Part shown: in pieces, positions 8,793-19,508 of the stretch
Numbering within the stretch: the first letter of the stretch is position 1
Layout of the letters: each line of letters opens with the position of its first letter
NCBI GenBank assembly: GCA_965216565.1
Contig: OZ244170.1
Span: forward strand, 1,632,001-1,696,000
Source: Bythopirellula sp.
Lineage (GTDB): Bacteria; Planctomycetota; Planctomycetia; Pirellulales; Lacipirellulaceae
Length of the DNA stretch: 64,000 nt
Direction of reading: 5' to 3'
Made by a program: the position numbers and the translations under genes
The notes under the pieces: model-generated
Told to the model about the DNA's origin: nothing
What the model saw: only the letters and a program-made list of their open reading frames with translations
Database searches by the model: none

Positions 8793-10540
8793 TTTATTTC
8801 CCAGGCATCGACGTCGAGCTCGACGAATATCTCACCGCCATGCGAAACGGTAAGTCGCCGCGGCAATTGCTTACCCTTCACTTCCACATAGTCGGCTAGT
8901 CGCAGAACGCAAGGATCAAGATAATCTGCTGGAAATAGATCGATGCCCATAAGCTCGCCCGTTTCCAGCGAAAAGAGAAAGTGCGTCAGCATGCCGTCAT
9001 AATTGCCAACCAGACAATCGACTAACTCGCCATCCGCGCCACTCGGCAATCGTCCTAGATAGTAAGTCTCGCCAAACTTACTTAGCCCCTTCTCGAGCAG
9101 ACGCTGCCACAAATGCAATGTCAGCAAAAACCCTCCAGATCCCGGCGGGCTCAACTGCGAACTAAGATCACCCCGAAAGCTAGTCCTATAATTGCCATAG
9201 GGTAGCCGCAAAGAAGCTTCGATTTGACTGAGGTTTAGTGAGAACGGCCTGCCGTCAGCAATCGTGCCAGTGGCGGACCAATCGTAGCCGACTTGCTCGA
9301 GGTGGGCGAGGTTTTGAAACGTGTCCCACAGCGATTTTTGTTTTTCTAAGTTGTACCAGTAATTCGCATAACCACGCCGCGCAATGTATCTCGCAGCAAC
9401 TTCGTCGGGAAGCTTCTGTTCCGCTTTGCGACGCACAAGCTCCTTGCGGGGACCCTGTTTGCGCGGATCGTCCTCGTCTTCTGGCTCCTTTTGGAGGGGA
9501 GGTTCGATCGGCTTTTCGGCTTCCTGCTGGACCAAGTCCCAAAGCTGTGCGCGATCGTGAGCCCCCATCAACCGGACGAATGTTTCAAACAGTTCGCCAT
9601 CACGACGGTAAGTAAGGGGGACAATCCAACCCTTAGGAAAAACACCCAACGCATTTTTTAGTGTGTTAGCCGTGCTAATCGTACGGCCTGCAAACTCGAC
9701 AATCTGATCCCCATATCGAAGGCCACGTCGATAGGCATCGGATGTTTCCAAAATATCGTCTACCAAAACGCGGTCATCTTCCGATGTGGAAACAATCGCC
9801 CCCAAGGTCGCATGATCGACGATTCGACCACTCTCGAGATACCCCAGAAAGCGGTTCACCTGACTAAGAGAAATCGCATAGCCCACTCCTACGTTTACTC
9901 GTCCGCGCTTTTCGAACGAGCAGCGACCATTGATGCCGACTAAGCGCCCGTCGGAGTCGAACAAAGGGCCACCCGAGTTGCCGGGGTTGATGGCGGCATC
10001 GGTCTGAATGCATTCTGCATATTCCAGCAGCGTCCCAGCAGGATATTGATACCGCTTAATGCCGGAGACGATTCCGTAACTTATCGACGGCGTAAAATCG
10101 TCCGCCAAGAGAAACGGATTTCCCGCGGCAAACACCCAGTCGCCTACAGCCACGGTATCACTATCGCCCATTTCAGCCACCGGAAAATCGTAGCGGCCTA
10201 GCAACTGAATGAGTGCGACATCGCCGACCGGATCGATTCCTACAATCACCGCGTCGTAAGTTTCTCCATTGTTCAGTCCACATTTCATCGCTGGGCCACA
10301 TGGTGCGGTAACGTGAAAGTTGGTTAGAGCGTAACCATCAGCAGAGATAAGCACCCCAGAGCCTCCACCTTGACCGGTGCCATCGAAGATAGCGATGGTT
10401 GCTTCCGAGGCCCGTTCAATCGCTGCAATCCGCTGTGCCTCGGCTTCAAGCACAGAACTTGGAACTTCCGCGCCGGCAGAGCATACCGCGAGACAATAGA
10501 TCAACAGAAAGGGCAGGGCGATGGTTTTCAAGTTTTTCAT
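8789..10540 (-). CDS. S1C/HtrA trypsin-like serine protease with PDZ and C-terminal extension
   Basis: Intact triad: LTNFHV (His), DPVGDVAL (Asp), INPGNSGGPL (Ser); signal peptide. Confidence 0.92.
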   Translation of the reverse strand: MKNLKTIALPFLLIYCLAVCSAGAEVPSSVLEAEAQRIAAIERASEATIAIFDGTGQGGGSGVLISADGYALTNFHVTAPCGPAMKCGLNNGETYDAVIVGIDPVGDVALIQLLGRYDFPVAEMGDSDTVAVGDWVFAAGNPFLLADDFTPSISYGIVSGIKRYQYPAGTLLEYAECIQTDAAINPGNSGGPLFDSDGRLVGINGRCSFEKRGRVNVGVGYAISLSQVNRFLGYLESGRIVDHATLGAIVSTSEDDRVLVDDILETSDAYRRGLRYGDQIVEFAGRTISTANTLKNALGVFPKGWIVPLTYRRDGELFETFVRLMGAHDRAQLWDLVQQEAEKPIEPPLQKEPEDEDDPRKQGPRKELVRRKAEQKLPDEVAARYIARRGYANYWYNLEKQKSLWDTFQNLAHLEQVGYDWSATGTIADGRPFSLNLSQIEASLRLPYGNYRTSFRGDLSSQLSPPGSGGFLLTLHLWQRLLEKGLSKFGETYYLGRLPSGADGELVDCLVGNYDGMLTHFLFSLETGELMGIDLFPADYLDPCVLRLADYVEVKGKQLPRRLTVSHGGEIFVELDVDAWEIK

Positions 10541-11820
10541 TCCTTAATCAACCGAGCTTCCGCCAAGTGGAGTCGATCGCCGTAGTCGAGGTTTTTCCCA
10601 TAGTCGACCGTGATCTGGAGTCGTCTGGCTCGAGAAAGATCGAGCGAGATTTCCTCAGGTTGCCGACTGCCGTCGATTTCGCCTTCCCACAGCTTTGACT
10701 TATCGGCGGAAATCTCCAGCCGCACGTTGCCTTGATCTGCCGATTGCGGATCGATGCCTGCAAAAGCGCGAAACGCAACCGTGCCCTTGGGAATACGATA
10801 AGCGACAGTGGTTCGGCTCCGTAAAGCTAGCCCTTTTTCGTACGGCCGAATTTCGGAAGTCGTGCTTCCTTCCTTTGTAGGCCAGGCCAAAGTCAGACTG
10901 GAACCGGCATACGATTGATCTCGCCGTGGCAATCCATATTGCTGAATCAGTTCCGCTGAATCGGGAATGCCCACCAGTGGTGTCCATCGCTGCTGAAGCG
11001 GCTCTAAGCTACTTAGATAGACGATCTTGCCCGCTGAAAAATCTGCAGCCACGAATTCACTAATTGGTAGCTGCACGCGGAGCCCACAGAGAAGCGTGAC
11101 GCTCAAGTTATTGGAACCATCGTAGCTCATTGACGAGGCCATCAGTTTCGCGCCTGACCGGCTAGTTACAACACAGTTAGCAGTTGGTATCGAATCCTCC
11201 TGCGGATGAAAATACGTAACTGCCGCTAGCTTGGAACGCTTAACGAAGATATCTTCGCCATCCCAATTGAAATTTACCGCGTCCGGTGTGATGTCACCGA
11301 GTACACCCGATAGGTGATCAAATTGCGGTGGATCTCCTTTTTGTACGATCAGCGAATCGTCGGTCGAGTCTTCATTGAGAACATTTTGTAGATAGTTTCG
11401 GGCTTCACTTCCCAGGGGCCTCAGTTCTATCCAAGAAATCTGAGAGGCGAGAACCTGTTCACTAACTAGCTGAAGTGGGCTCTTGATCTTGGCCTTCCGA
11501 TTTAAAACCGCCACAATTTCAACAGGAAGCTGAGAACCATCGGTAAGCCCAACGAAAGTCTGGTTCACTTTGACCCGGGATTCATCCGAGTTCATCTTCA
11601 AGCTGAGTAAGTCGTGTGTGGGAATCGTGATCGCTTGATCGGACTGTTCAATCTGCACCTCCGACGGCGTGCACTTCGTGAGTGTTCCTTCGTGTGTATT
11701 CCCCGAAATGGTGCGCAGCACGACTTGCTGCGCCGCCAGCAACGGCGAGATCACAAATAACGGTGTCATCAATGCAAGGAGCAGGCCGGGCAGATGAACG
11801 AAAAGGATTCTATGGTTCAA
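10537..11820 (-). CDS. Secreted NPCBM/NEW2 domain protein
   Basis: Signal peptide; C-terminal YEKGLALRS...FRAFAGID...GNVRLEI...LQITVDYG...AEARL pattern. Confidence 0.8.
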   Translation of the reverse strand: MNHRILFVHLPGLLLALMTPLFVISPLLAAQQVVLRTISGNTHEGTLTKCTPSEVQIEQSDQAITIPTHDLLSLKMNSDESRVKVNQTFVGLTDGSQLPVEIVAVLNRKAKIKSPLQLVSEQVLASQISWIELRPLGSEARNYLQNVLNEDSTDDSLIVQKGDPPQFDHLSGVLGDITPDAVNFNWDGEDIFVKRSKLAAVTYFHPQEDSIPTANCVVTSRSGAKLMASSMSYDGSNNLSVTLLCGLRVQLPISEFVAADFSAGKIVYLSSLEPLQQRWTPLVGIPDSAELIQQYGLPRRDQSYAGSSLTLAWPTKEGSTTSEIRPYEKGLALRSRTTVAYRIPKGTVAFRAFAGIDPQSADQGNVRLEISADKSKLWEGEIDGSRQPEEISLDLSRARRLQITVDYGKNLDYGDRLHLAEARLIKE

Positions 11821-11849
11821 AGGTGTTGTCTCGAAATTATCTGTAGTGA

Positions 11850-12914
11850 TTACTTTTCTGGCGTCTTATTATCGTCGGCTAATTCGCGGAAATACTGTTC
11901 GACGAGTTCCCGATAATGGGCCGGGAAGTCACGCCCAATTTGCTGCAATGCTTCCTGCCTCTGTTTGGGAGGCAGATCGCCCCACCCGCTTTTGTTGCCT
12001 ATATCCTTTTGGTCGACCTGCATCGGTGAGTTCATCGAGGGCAACTTACTATCCTGCATAGGCTGGTTACTCTGTTGGGCACCGCTGCTACCCGAGGATG
12101 ACTGTTGTTGTGCTTGTTTTTCCAGTTTATCAATTAACTTATCCAGTGAATCGAGCACTTTGTCCTCTGCCATCTGCACCGTCTTACCAGCCCGTCCGAA
12201 TTCCAAGCGACGCCGGACATCATTCATGCGTCTAGCGATATGGTCCAGCGATTCGTCTTTCAGTCCTTGCAGATCTCGCTCGAGTAGCTGCGCAACGTGT
12301 TGAAACCGCTGAGGCAGCGATTCTTCGTGCTCCATGAGTTGGACCAACAGCGCCCGACTCTTCTCGGGTTCGACCAACTGATGATAAGCCAACGTTCGAT
12401 AGAACAATAAACTGGCGGGATCGACAACATCTGCTGTCTCCAAGCCATCGAGGGTATCAAGCACTTCGTCGTAGAGTCCACGCTGAGCAAGCCAGCGGGC
12501 GTAGTAAAGCGACAAGTTGCTCCGCGCGAATTCGGCCAACTGTTGAAACTCTAGCAATGTGGCGTCAGGCAGAACCGACACATTCTGCTGATGATCGCAA
12601 GCCTCGACAAACCGGGCCACCTTAGGCTCGACTAAGACCAGAGTTTCAATCACTCTGTCGAGCAGTTCGGTACCACTGGAGTCTCGCAGGTCTACTGTAG
12701 GCCAGATGGCTCGTGCGCTCGTGGCGAGTTCCTCGCCGTATTTGCCAGACTCAATCCATTCGAATACTTCGGAACGCACCTCCCCATAAGTGGGAATGTT
12801 CCAAGTAGGTTCAAAAACAATCTCTCCAAACAAGTTGCCCGCACTCAAACAACTGAGTAACAACGCAATCAAGCTGAAACGCAGAGACACAATGGAAAAT
12901 GACGGCCGTACCAT
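11850..12914 (-). CDS. Secreted helical/TPR-like hypothetical protein
   Basis: Signal peptide, helical body, C-terminal WGDLPP...FPAHYRELVEQYFRELA motif typical of MoxR/vWA-operon accessory proteins. Confidence 0.7.
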   Translation of the reverse strand: MVRPSFSIVSLRFSLIALLLSCLSAGNLFGEIVFEPTWNIPTYGEVRSEVFEWIESGKYGEELATSARAIWPTVDLRDSSGTELLDRVIETLVLVEPKVARFVEACDHQQNVSVLPDATLLEFQQLAEFARSNLSLYYARWLAQRGLYDEVLDTLDGLETADVVDPASLLFYRTLAYHQLVEPEKSRALLVQLMEHEESLPQRFQHVAQLLERDLQGLKDESLDHIARRMNDVRRRLEFGRAGKTVQMAEDKVLDSLDKLIDKLEKQAQQQSSSGSSGAQQSNQPMQDSKLPSMNSPMQVDQKDIGNKSGWGDLPPKQRQEALQQIGRDFPAHYRELVEQYFRELADDNKTPEK

Positions 12915-12915
12915 A

Positions 12916-14682
12916 TTAGTCGTTGGCCCCCTGATGCAAATCGAGCGTGGCTCGGTAGACGCGCTCTTCGCGCTGGGCCAATTCGTCGAGCGCTTCGAGC
13001 AATTCGGCCTCTAAGGCTTGCTCACCTTCGATCATGTTGCCGTACAATACAGTGCGGCGATTAATGCGGTTTTGCAATGCACGAATCATCCTGAGTTCAG
13101 CCAACTTGTCGACGAGCGACTGTTCAGGGGGTTGTCCGCTACCTTGTTGCGACTGCGACTTCTGATCTCGCAGATCCTTCAATGCTTGTTGAAAAGCAGC
13201 GAGGGTTTCTTCCAGGGCCGCAATAATGTCCTCTTCTAGAGCTTGGGTAATCGCCGCGATCTTCACTTCATTAAGCCGCTCGGCCACGGACTCCATATCT
13301 TGCTTCGCTTGCTCTAACGCTTCGGGAAAAGCCACCGACGTGCCATCCTCCCTCAGGAGTACCAAAGCACGATCGGCCTCGCGAATAATCTGCTTCTCTT
13401 TACGGCTCAGCCGGGCGCTAGCAATAACAAGCTCGTGCGGTTCGACTTGTTCTCGGCGCTGGTGATTCTCTTTCGTCTGCTCATAAACCACAACTTGGGC
13501 GTCGAGCATTTTACGAAAACGGGCTTCTAGGAGCACCAGCATCCGCTCCAGTTCTTCTTCGCGCAATTGTCGGAGTATCTTCTCCAACTCAGCCTTGGCT
13601 TGCTCTAACTCTCGAAGCGCTGCTTCCTGATCTTCTATTGCATCATCATGTTTTGATTCTTTTAGCTTTTCGATGGCCTGTTGCATCCGCTGCTGGGCCT
13701 GCTGCAGACGCTGTGTTGCTCGGTCCGCAGGCTTTTGCGGTGCATCTTGTTGTGAGCTCTTGCCACTTTGAGACTGCCCCGACTGGGATTGGCCAGATTG
13801 AGAATCGCTGGGCTGCGACTCGCTCGATTGAGAGTCACCTTGTTTTGATTCAGATTGTTTGGATTGACTTTGCTCCGACTGGGCAGAATTCTTGGAGGAT
13901 TTCGATTCCGCGCCTGATTCCCCGGTTTGTTTCTCGGACGAATTCGAATCTTTGCTGTCCTGGGAATCTTCCTGACCAGGCTGGCTTTCTTCCGATTGGG
14001 CTTGGTCGGAATCTTTGGAATCGGATTCACCAGATTTAGATCGGCTATCTTTCGAGTTACTCTCCGTCGAGTCCTGGGATTGAGAGGAGTCCGATCCATC
14101 GGAAGAATCTTCCGGGCTTCCTTCGGTACTGCGAATTTCTTCTGAGAGAGAATTTGCTTCTCTGGCGGCTCCAGTTTGGTCGTCAGTGAGTTCCTGCTGA
14201 TCGTCTCTTCCCTCGGTGCGAGACTTAATACCGCTTTGCTTGCGAATGAGCTTTTTCAATTGCGAAAGATACCTGCCGATTCGCTTCCGCTCGGCTTCGA
14301 TCTGAGTATCGCGATCCTCTTGAAGTAGCAGCTCAAGCAACTGTTGCAGCTCCCCCTGCAAGACGTCCTGATCCTTGACTGCTGTGGCTAGCTTTTCTTG
14401 TTGGAGGGCTTTTACAATATTCCCAAAGCGACCGGTGAGGTCTCGCTCACGACTCTTAGAGACAAATTCGCGAAGCAATCTCGCACGCCGGGGCTGAGTC
14501 GACCGAGAAAGTTCCGCCAGCCGGCCTGCCAACAATTCCAGCCGATCGTACTTTTCTGCCAGGCGCTGCTGAGAATCCACAATCGACTTGTCGCTATCTT
14601 GCGTTTGCGCGCAGACAGGCATCGCGCAGGCAATCAGCAACGCCGTGAGAACGAATTTCAGATTGGTTTTGGGATTTGTCAT
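12916..14682 (-). CDS. Secreted coiled-coil protein with Ser/Gln-rich low-complexity linker (DUF4175-like)
   Basis: Signal peptide; heptad-rich L/E/Q segments flanking SQSGQ-type repeats. Confidence 0.7.
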   Translation of the reverse strand: MTNPKTNLKFVLTALLIACAMPVCAQTQDSDKSIVDSQQRLAEKYDRLELLAGRLAELSRSTQPRRARLLREFVSKSRERDLTGRFGNIVKALQQEKLATAVKDQDVLQGELQQLLELLLQEDRDTQIEAERKRIGRYLSQLKKLIRKQSGIKSRTEGRDDQQELTDDQTGAAREANSLSEEIRSTEGSPEDSSDGSDSSQSQDSTESNSKDSRSKSGESDSKDSDQAQSEESQPGQEDSQDSKDSNSSEKQTGESGAESKSSKNSAQSEQSQSKQSESKQGDSQSSESQPSDSQSGQSQSGQSQSGKSSQQDAPQKPADRATQRLQQAQQRMQQAIEKLKESKHDDAIEDQEAALRELEQAKAELEKILRQLREEELERMLVLLEARFRKMLDAQVVVYEQTKENHQRREQVEPHELVIASARLSRKEKQIIREADRALVLLREDGTSVAFPEALEQAKQDMESVAERLNEVKIAAITQALEEDIIAALEETLAAFQQALKDLRDQKSQSQQGSGQPPEQSLVDKLAELRMIRALQNRINRRTVLYGNMIEGEQALEAELLEALDELAQREERVYRATLDLHQGAND

Positions 14683-14801
14683 TTAGGCTAAGCGGAAAAC
14701 ACGAATACGAAACCCATTTCTTAGGTAGGGAGGAATAGGGGGAGGGTTGTACTGCGAGCTCTTTCTTACCTTTCACTGCTCACTCCAAAGCAGTATTTCT
14801 T

Positions 14802-17036
14802 TTATTCTCCAAGAATATCTAGCAACTTCGCGCGTCGTTTCTCTTTGGTTTGGTCATGCAGCTGTTTCTGCTCGCCGACTATACTTCGCAGCAATGCCAC
14901 TAACTCATTATAACTCTCAAGTTCCAGCATTCGATCTAGCACGCGCTTCATGGAGTCGACTATTTCGTCCGACTCCAGGACTGCCCGTTGATAAAGCTCC
15001 TGCTGGCCGGAATTCACCTCAGGTTTATCTACATAGGTCGTTTCTAATAGTTTAGTGGTTTCTTCGAAACTAGGCAGTAGATCTTCGCTAATCTCGCGAA
15101 GCGGTTCCGCAATATTCACCGCCAGACGCTGTTTTAGCTCTTCTGTATCGATGCGGTTATTCACAAGCTCAGTGACGATGCCTTCAAATCCTTCAGCAAC
15201 ACTCAGCGTTTCGTGAGACAGTTGAGCAGCATTTTGCCCGCACCCGCCGACTCGCAATCGATCGCGTTGTATGGCACGGACAGCTTCGGCCTGCAACATT
15301 GAATCGTATTTTCCAATTTCAATACGGTCCAACAACTCCCGCGTTGCTACCATTTTTTCGAAGATTGATTCAAATCGCTGCCGAAGCGTTAGCTCGCGTT
15401 TTTCCAATAGCGATCGCAGTTCCGACTCAGTGACAACATCGAGCAAGTAACGTTGGCTACGTCCTACATGTGCTTGATTCTGCAAATCGTAAAAATCACT
15501 GGCCTGGGCCGAAAGGGCCAATTGCTCGCCCGGCTTGAGGTCGATACGCGGACGGTTGGTGGCCCCGTCAACCTCGGCTAAATCGAGTGACGGAAGCCGA
15601 TCGAACTTTTGCTTGCCTCGGAATTCTCCCGCCACGCTCCAACGATCGGGCGCGGTCGCCCCGATTTGGGTCTCATACCAAATGTCTTGCAGACCGTACT
15701 CGTCAGTGACAACACCTTTCCATGGAATGTTAGCCTGCGGAGTGATCGCTGTGCCGATGCCAGAGAGCCCGACATTTACCTCCGGCGGGGAATCCGGGAC
15801 GACTGCTGCCACCAACCGATAGGGGTCGCGATTTTCGACGCCGTACAGGTCGGTGAGAGTAATCAAGAAGATTCGATCCTCCGCACTTGGCTCAAGCTCG
15901 AATACGGCTTGGGTAGGATCGTTGGAATCCAACTTGGTGAAAATCTCTCGTTGGTTTGTCGGGTCATACACCGACATCGACTGCAGCGGCTTGCTGGAGC
16001 TAACATGGCAAACTGAGAAAGTTCCTTCCAGTATCTCAATGCGATCGGTGGCCGAAATATTCTGTGGAGCAAGATCCAGATAGTCCGGATAAACGAAATC
16101 GAAGACAATCTTTGTTACGCTGGGACGCTCGACAACCTGCAGCCAGAGATCACGAATCCGGTCGTCGCCGCCTACTACGTCTAGCTGCAAGTCGGAATTA
16201 ACACTTTGCAGCGTATAGCGGAACATCTGCGATTCATCCCGACCTGCTATAGCTTCCCCCACTTTAATCATATCGTCCTGGCTACCGCGACCGTCGGGCA
16301 ATCTGTATCGCAAGTCCACTCGCTCTGGTGCTTCATGCTCATCCTCGAGCGATGCAAAGACTTCCAATTCGAAACTATCGTCCTTGGCAACTCGCGCCAC
16401 TTGGCGGCCATCGATTTCTTCGAATCCGGCCACTGAAAGCTGAACCAACCGAGGATAAAGTACCTCGCTCAATTGCAGACGCTGCAGATAGAACGCTAAC
16501 ACTTCGCTCTGTGAACCAACTAGCAGAAATATCAACAGCCAGAGAATCGTAGCTCCAGCCGCTTTCCATGCCAGGGGTTGAGGTCGAAAAATCGGGAGCA
16601 GATCCAGATTGCGAACTCCTTGCTCGGCCTTGGCGGAAGTACGTCGCAATAGCGCCGGATTTGCAGGCAGTTCATGATCGACGTTGCTACCCGCTTCCAC
16701 GGTGGTCACTAGACTTTCGTCGAAGCTGGGATACTTTCGCTCCACGAGTAATGCCAAACTAGTATCTGATATCGACTTGCCCATTCGCGAAAACAAAAAA
16801 CGATACGCGACCGAACCAGTGCCAAGGAGCACAGCTCCCCACAAGATGCCGCGGACTAAGGGACTCGGCTCTAGCAGCCAATCGATTGCCAACCCTAACC
16901 AGAATGCCACGCCAAGTAGCAGAAGAATCGCTGCGATACCTTCCGCCAGCACGTAGAGCCGCAACATCAGCCTGAGTCGGCGGATGGTCCGACGTACGGG
17001 TCGCAAGCTGAGCGGTGAAATACTGGCAGTTGACAT
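14802..17036 (-). CDS. Membrane protein with 3 N-terminal TM helices, beta-rich domains and C-terminal coiled coil (DUF4175-like)
   Basis: Hydrophobic helices, LALLVERKYP motif, VPDSPPEV and VTDEYGL beta-sandwich motifs. Confidence 0.7.
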   Translation of the reverse strand: MSTASISPLSLRPVRRTIRRLRLMLRLYVLAEGIAAILLLLGVAFWLGLAIDWLLEPSPLVRGILWGAVLLGTGSVAYRFLFSRMGKSISDTSLALLVERKYPSFDESLVTTVEAGSNVDHELPANPALLRRTSAKAEQGVRNLDLLPIFRPQPLAWKAAGATILWLLIFLLVGSQSEVLAFYLQRLQLSEVLYPRLVQLSVAGFEEIDGRQVARVAKDDSFELEVFASLEDEHEAPERVDLRYRLPDGRGSQDDMIKVGEAIAGRDESQMFRYTLQSVNSDLQLDVVGGDDRIRDLWLQVVERPSVTKIVFDFVYPDYLDLAPQNISATDRIEILEGTFSVCHVSSSKPLQSMSVYDPTNQREIFTKLDSNDPTQAVFELEPSAEDRIFLITLTDLYGVENRDPYRLVAAVVPDSPPEVNVGLSGIGTAITPQANIPWKGVVTDEYGLQDIWYETQIGATAPDRWSVAGEFRGKQKFDRLPSLDLAEVDGATNRPRIDLKPGEQLALSAQASDFYDLQNQAHVGRSQRYLLDVVTESELRSLLEKRELTLRQRFESIFEKMVATRELLDRIEIGKYDSMLQAEAVRAIQRDRLRVGGCGQNAAQLSHETLSVAEGFEGIVTELVNNRIDTEELKQRLAVNIAEPLREISEDLLPSFEETTKLLETTYVDKPEVNSGQQELYQRAVLESDEIVDSMKRVLDRMLELESYNELVALLRSIVGEQKQLHDQTKEKRRAKLLDILGE

Positions 17037-17042
17037 CGTATT

Positions 17043-19508
17043 CTAAGCAAGCCTCGAAAGTCGCCGCAAAAGCCATTCGCAGCTTAACGCGCCGCAAATG
17101 ATGGCTAACAACAATAAGTGGATGCGTCTGGTAAAATCCTTATCAGCCGTTCCGTGCCGTGTAATGATTTCGGCCCGGCTCTCGACCTTGCTGGCGAGCG
17201 AGGCAAGACCCTCAGTCCCTGAGACGGCAGCTAGAATCGAGGGATAGTATTGCCCCTGAGTCTTGGCCGAAATCGATTGCAATAAGGTCACGTTCTGGCG
17301 CGTATTCTCAAACTCCAGATCGGGTGCCTCGGCCTGCACCAATTGCATCAGTGGTTCGCTGGCTGAATCGGGAGGGCTCAAGGTAATGCGATAAGAACCC
17401 TCGCGCCGAACGTCGAATTGTCCGACGAAGTTGCCGGGGCGGTCTTCATCGACCAACAAAACTAACTGCTTGCTCTTACCAAGAGGATCCATCACTCGTG
17501 CAGTCACACGTTCCGCCATAACCGGTTCGCGGCTGGCAGTTGTGAGGCGAGCCCGCACAACAACCTCTTCGCCAATCGAGTACCGCTCCCGCTCGACAAG
17601 CAGCTGCCCCTCTGCAGAACCGCGTAGCAATCGTCCCTGGCTAACGTGGCGAACCAATTTGGTGTAAAGCACTTCAAAGTAGCTGAGGTCAACGCTACGT
17701 AGTCGCCAGATTTCACCACTACCGATGTAAAGGACGCGGCCTCCTCCGTAAAAATGTTCGGCTATGTAAACCGGTCGCTCTTCCGACAAACCTGCGTCAG
17801 GATCGCTATAACGTCCCAAAACTCGCGCTCCAGGCTTGGGGCCTTTGACGGCATAGCACCCGAATATGCCGGCGAAATCTGACCAGGACGATTTGCTCTC
17901 ATTCGCCGAGTCGGCGAGCCATAGAAACTCCGACTGCTCACCTTCGCGCGAGAAATCGATTGGCCAAGGCTGGCTGGAACCATAGAGTCCATCGTCGAGC
18001 AGCGTCAGTCTTCGCTGAAACTCAACCGGGTACAGCGCCTTAATCTTGCTAAGCTCAGGATTCTGGGGCCACACTGAGGTGTGAATCGGACCGGCTACCA
18101 CGATTAATCCGCCTGCTTCCTCGGCTACCCAATTTTCCAACAGTTCAACTTGCGAGGCGTCTAGTAGAGACCAGTCGGGGTCGAACGCCACAATGCAGTC
18201 GTAGTCATAGAGAACCTCTTTATCTTGTGGGAACTCATGTAGTATCTGGTCGGCGTCTTGGGAAATACCCGGCACCGCGGATTGCAACCACACATCGACC
18301 GTTGCATGCGCATCGCGGCGGAGTTGATTACGCAGAAATCGATAATCGCGCGTCGGCCCGCTGGAAATCAGCAGCACTCGAGTTTGTGCTTCGACCACTT
18401 CCAGTTCGGCCTCCCGGTGATTGTCGCCAGCGTATTGGTCGTCGGTGGGAGCTGCCACGCGAAGATCGAGTACGAGTCGCCCCACTTGGGCCGGTTCAAG
18501 ATCAAACTCAATTGGAAGGATCTCGGCATCACTCAGGAACGTGATCTGCTCTCGTCCAATGCGATCCCCCGACTCCTTGGGGGCATCTGCCTCGCGAGCG
18601 AATAGTTCCACCTCGACCGTTCGACCGGCAAAACCCTCGCCATGGATTAAGCCACGCACAGTCGTTCGGTCTTCCGGATAGACGCGCGAAGGCACTTCGA
18701 ACTGTTGGACCCGCAAATTGCGACGCGGCTCTGTCGAACCAAGGCCGACGGTGTGGATAGGCACTTTCTGTTCCGCTGCAACTTCGGCCAGGGCTGCGGG
18801 ATCGAAACCACCGTTGCTACCGCCATCGGAGAAGATCACGATTCCGGCCAGCGGTGCCTGATTGCGCTGCTGCAAAGCCTTATCGATGGCATCCCCCAGC
18901 CGAGTTTCTCTGCCGGTTGGCTCGAACGACTCCTTTAGGTTTGTTGCTTTTGATCCGTTGGGATCTGGCTCGTCGATCTCTCTCTGCTGCTTGAAAGCGG
19001 CAAGTTGATGGGTCTGGGTATCGAAAGTCGCAAGCGATACCGCGTTCCTTTCGCGAAGCGAATCTAAGAATGTCTCATCATTCAAAGATTCGAGAGCAGC
19101 AGCGGCGCGAGTGAGTTTGTTTTGTGTAGACGACGCTTCATCTTCGACCGACATGCTTTGGCTTGTGTCTACAAGAATAATCAGCTGAGAGTCCTTCGTT
19201 TCTTGCCGGTCAATCCGTTTCTCAGGTCCCAGAAAAAATAGAATCGCACCGGCAATTGCAATTAGTCGCAAACCCGGCAGCAGCCATCGTTGCCAAAGCG
19301 AGAGCGCTTGCTGCTCGCGACGATAGATCCAATAGACATAGATTGCCGCCAGGACCGAAATCGCAAAAACCAGCAGCCAAAGATCTCTGGGTTCGTCGAA
19401 ATTGCTGAGGCGACTCCAGTGATAGCTGGTCAGCAGACGCACACCTTCGGCGGCCTCCTGTGTCGCAGGGCTTGTTTGTGCCAAGAGTGTGTACCAAGGT
19501 GAGATCAA
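17043..19508 (-). CDS. Membrane-anchored vWA domain protein with glutamine-amidotransferase-like domain
   Basis: MIDAS DTSQS...T...FSDG; YDCIVAFD...WVAEEAGGLIVVAG; C-terminal TM ending EWLLRR. Confidence 0.85.
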   Translation of the reverse strand: MISPWYTLLAQTSPATQEAAEGVRLLTSYHWSRLSNFDEPRDLWLLVFAISVLAAIYVYWIYRREQQALSLWQRWLLPGLRLIAIAGAILFFLGPEKRIDRQETKDSQLIILVDTSQSMSVEDEASSTQNKLTRAAAALESLNDETFLDSLRERNAVSLATFDTQTHQLAAFKQQREIDEPDPNGSKATNLKESFEPTGRETRLGDAIDKALQQRNQAPLAGIVIFSDGGSNGGFDPAALAEVAAEQKVPIHTVGLGSTEPRRNLRVQQFEVPSRVYPEDRTTVRGLIHGEGFAGRTVEVELFAREADAPKESGDRIGREQITFLSDAEILPIEFDLEPAQVGRLVLDLRVAAPTDDQYAGDNHREAELEVVEAQTRVLLISSGPTRDYRFLRNQLRRDAHATVDVWLQSAVPGISQDADQILHEFPQDKEVLYDYDCIVAFDPDWSLLDASQVELLENWVAEEAGGLIVVAGPIHTSVWPQNPELSKIKALYPVEFQRRLTLLDDGLYGSSQPWPIDFSREGEQSEFLWLADSANESKSSWSDFAGIFGCYAVKGPKPGARVLGRYSDPDAGLSEERPVYIAEHFYGGGRVLYIGSGEIWRLRSVDLSYFEVLYTKLVRHVSQGRLLRGSAEGQLLVERERYSIGEEVVVRARLTTASREPVMAERVTARVMDPLGKSKQLVLLVDEDRPGNFVGQFDVRREGSYRITLSPPDSASEPLMQLVQAEAPDLEFENTRQNVTLLQSISAKTQGQYYPSILAAVSGTEGLASLASKVESRAEIITRHGTADKDFTRRIHLLLLAIICGALSCEWLLRRLSRLA

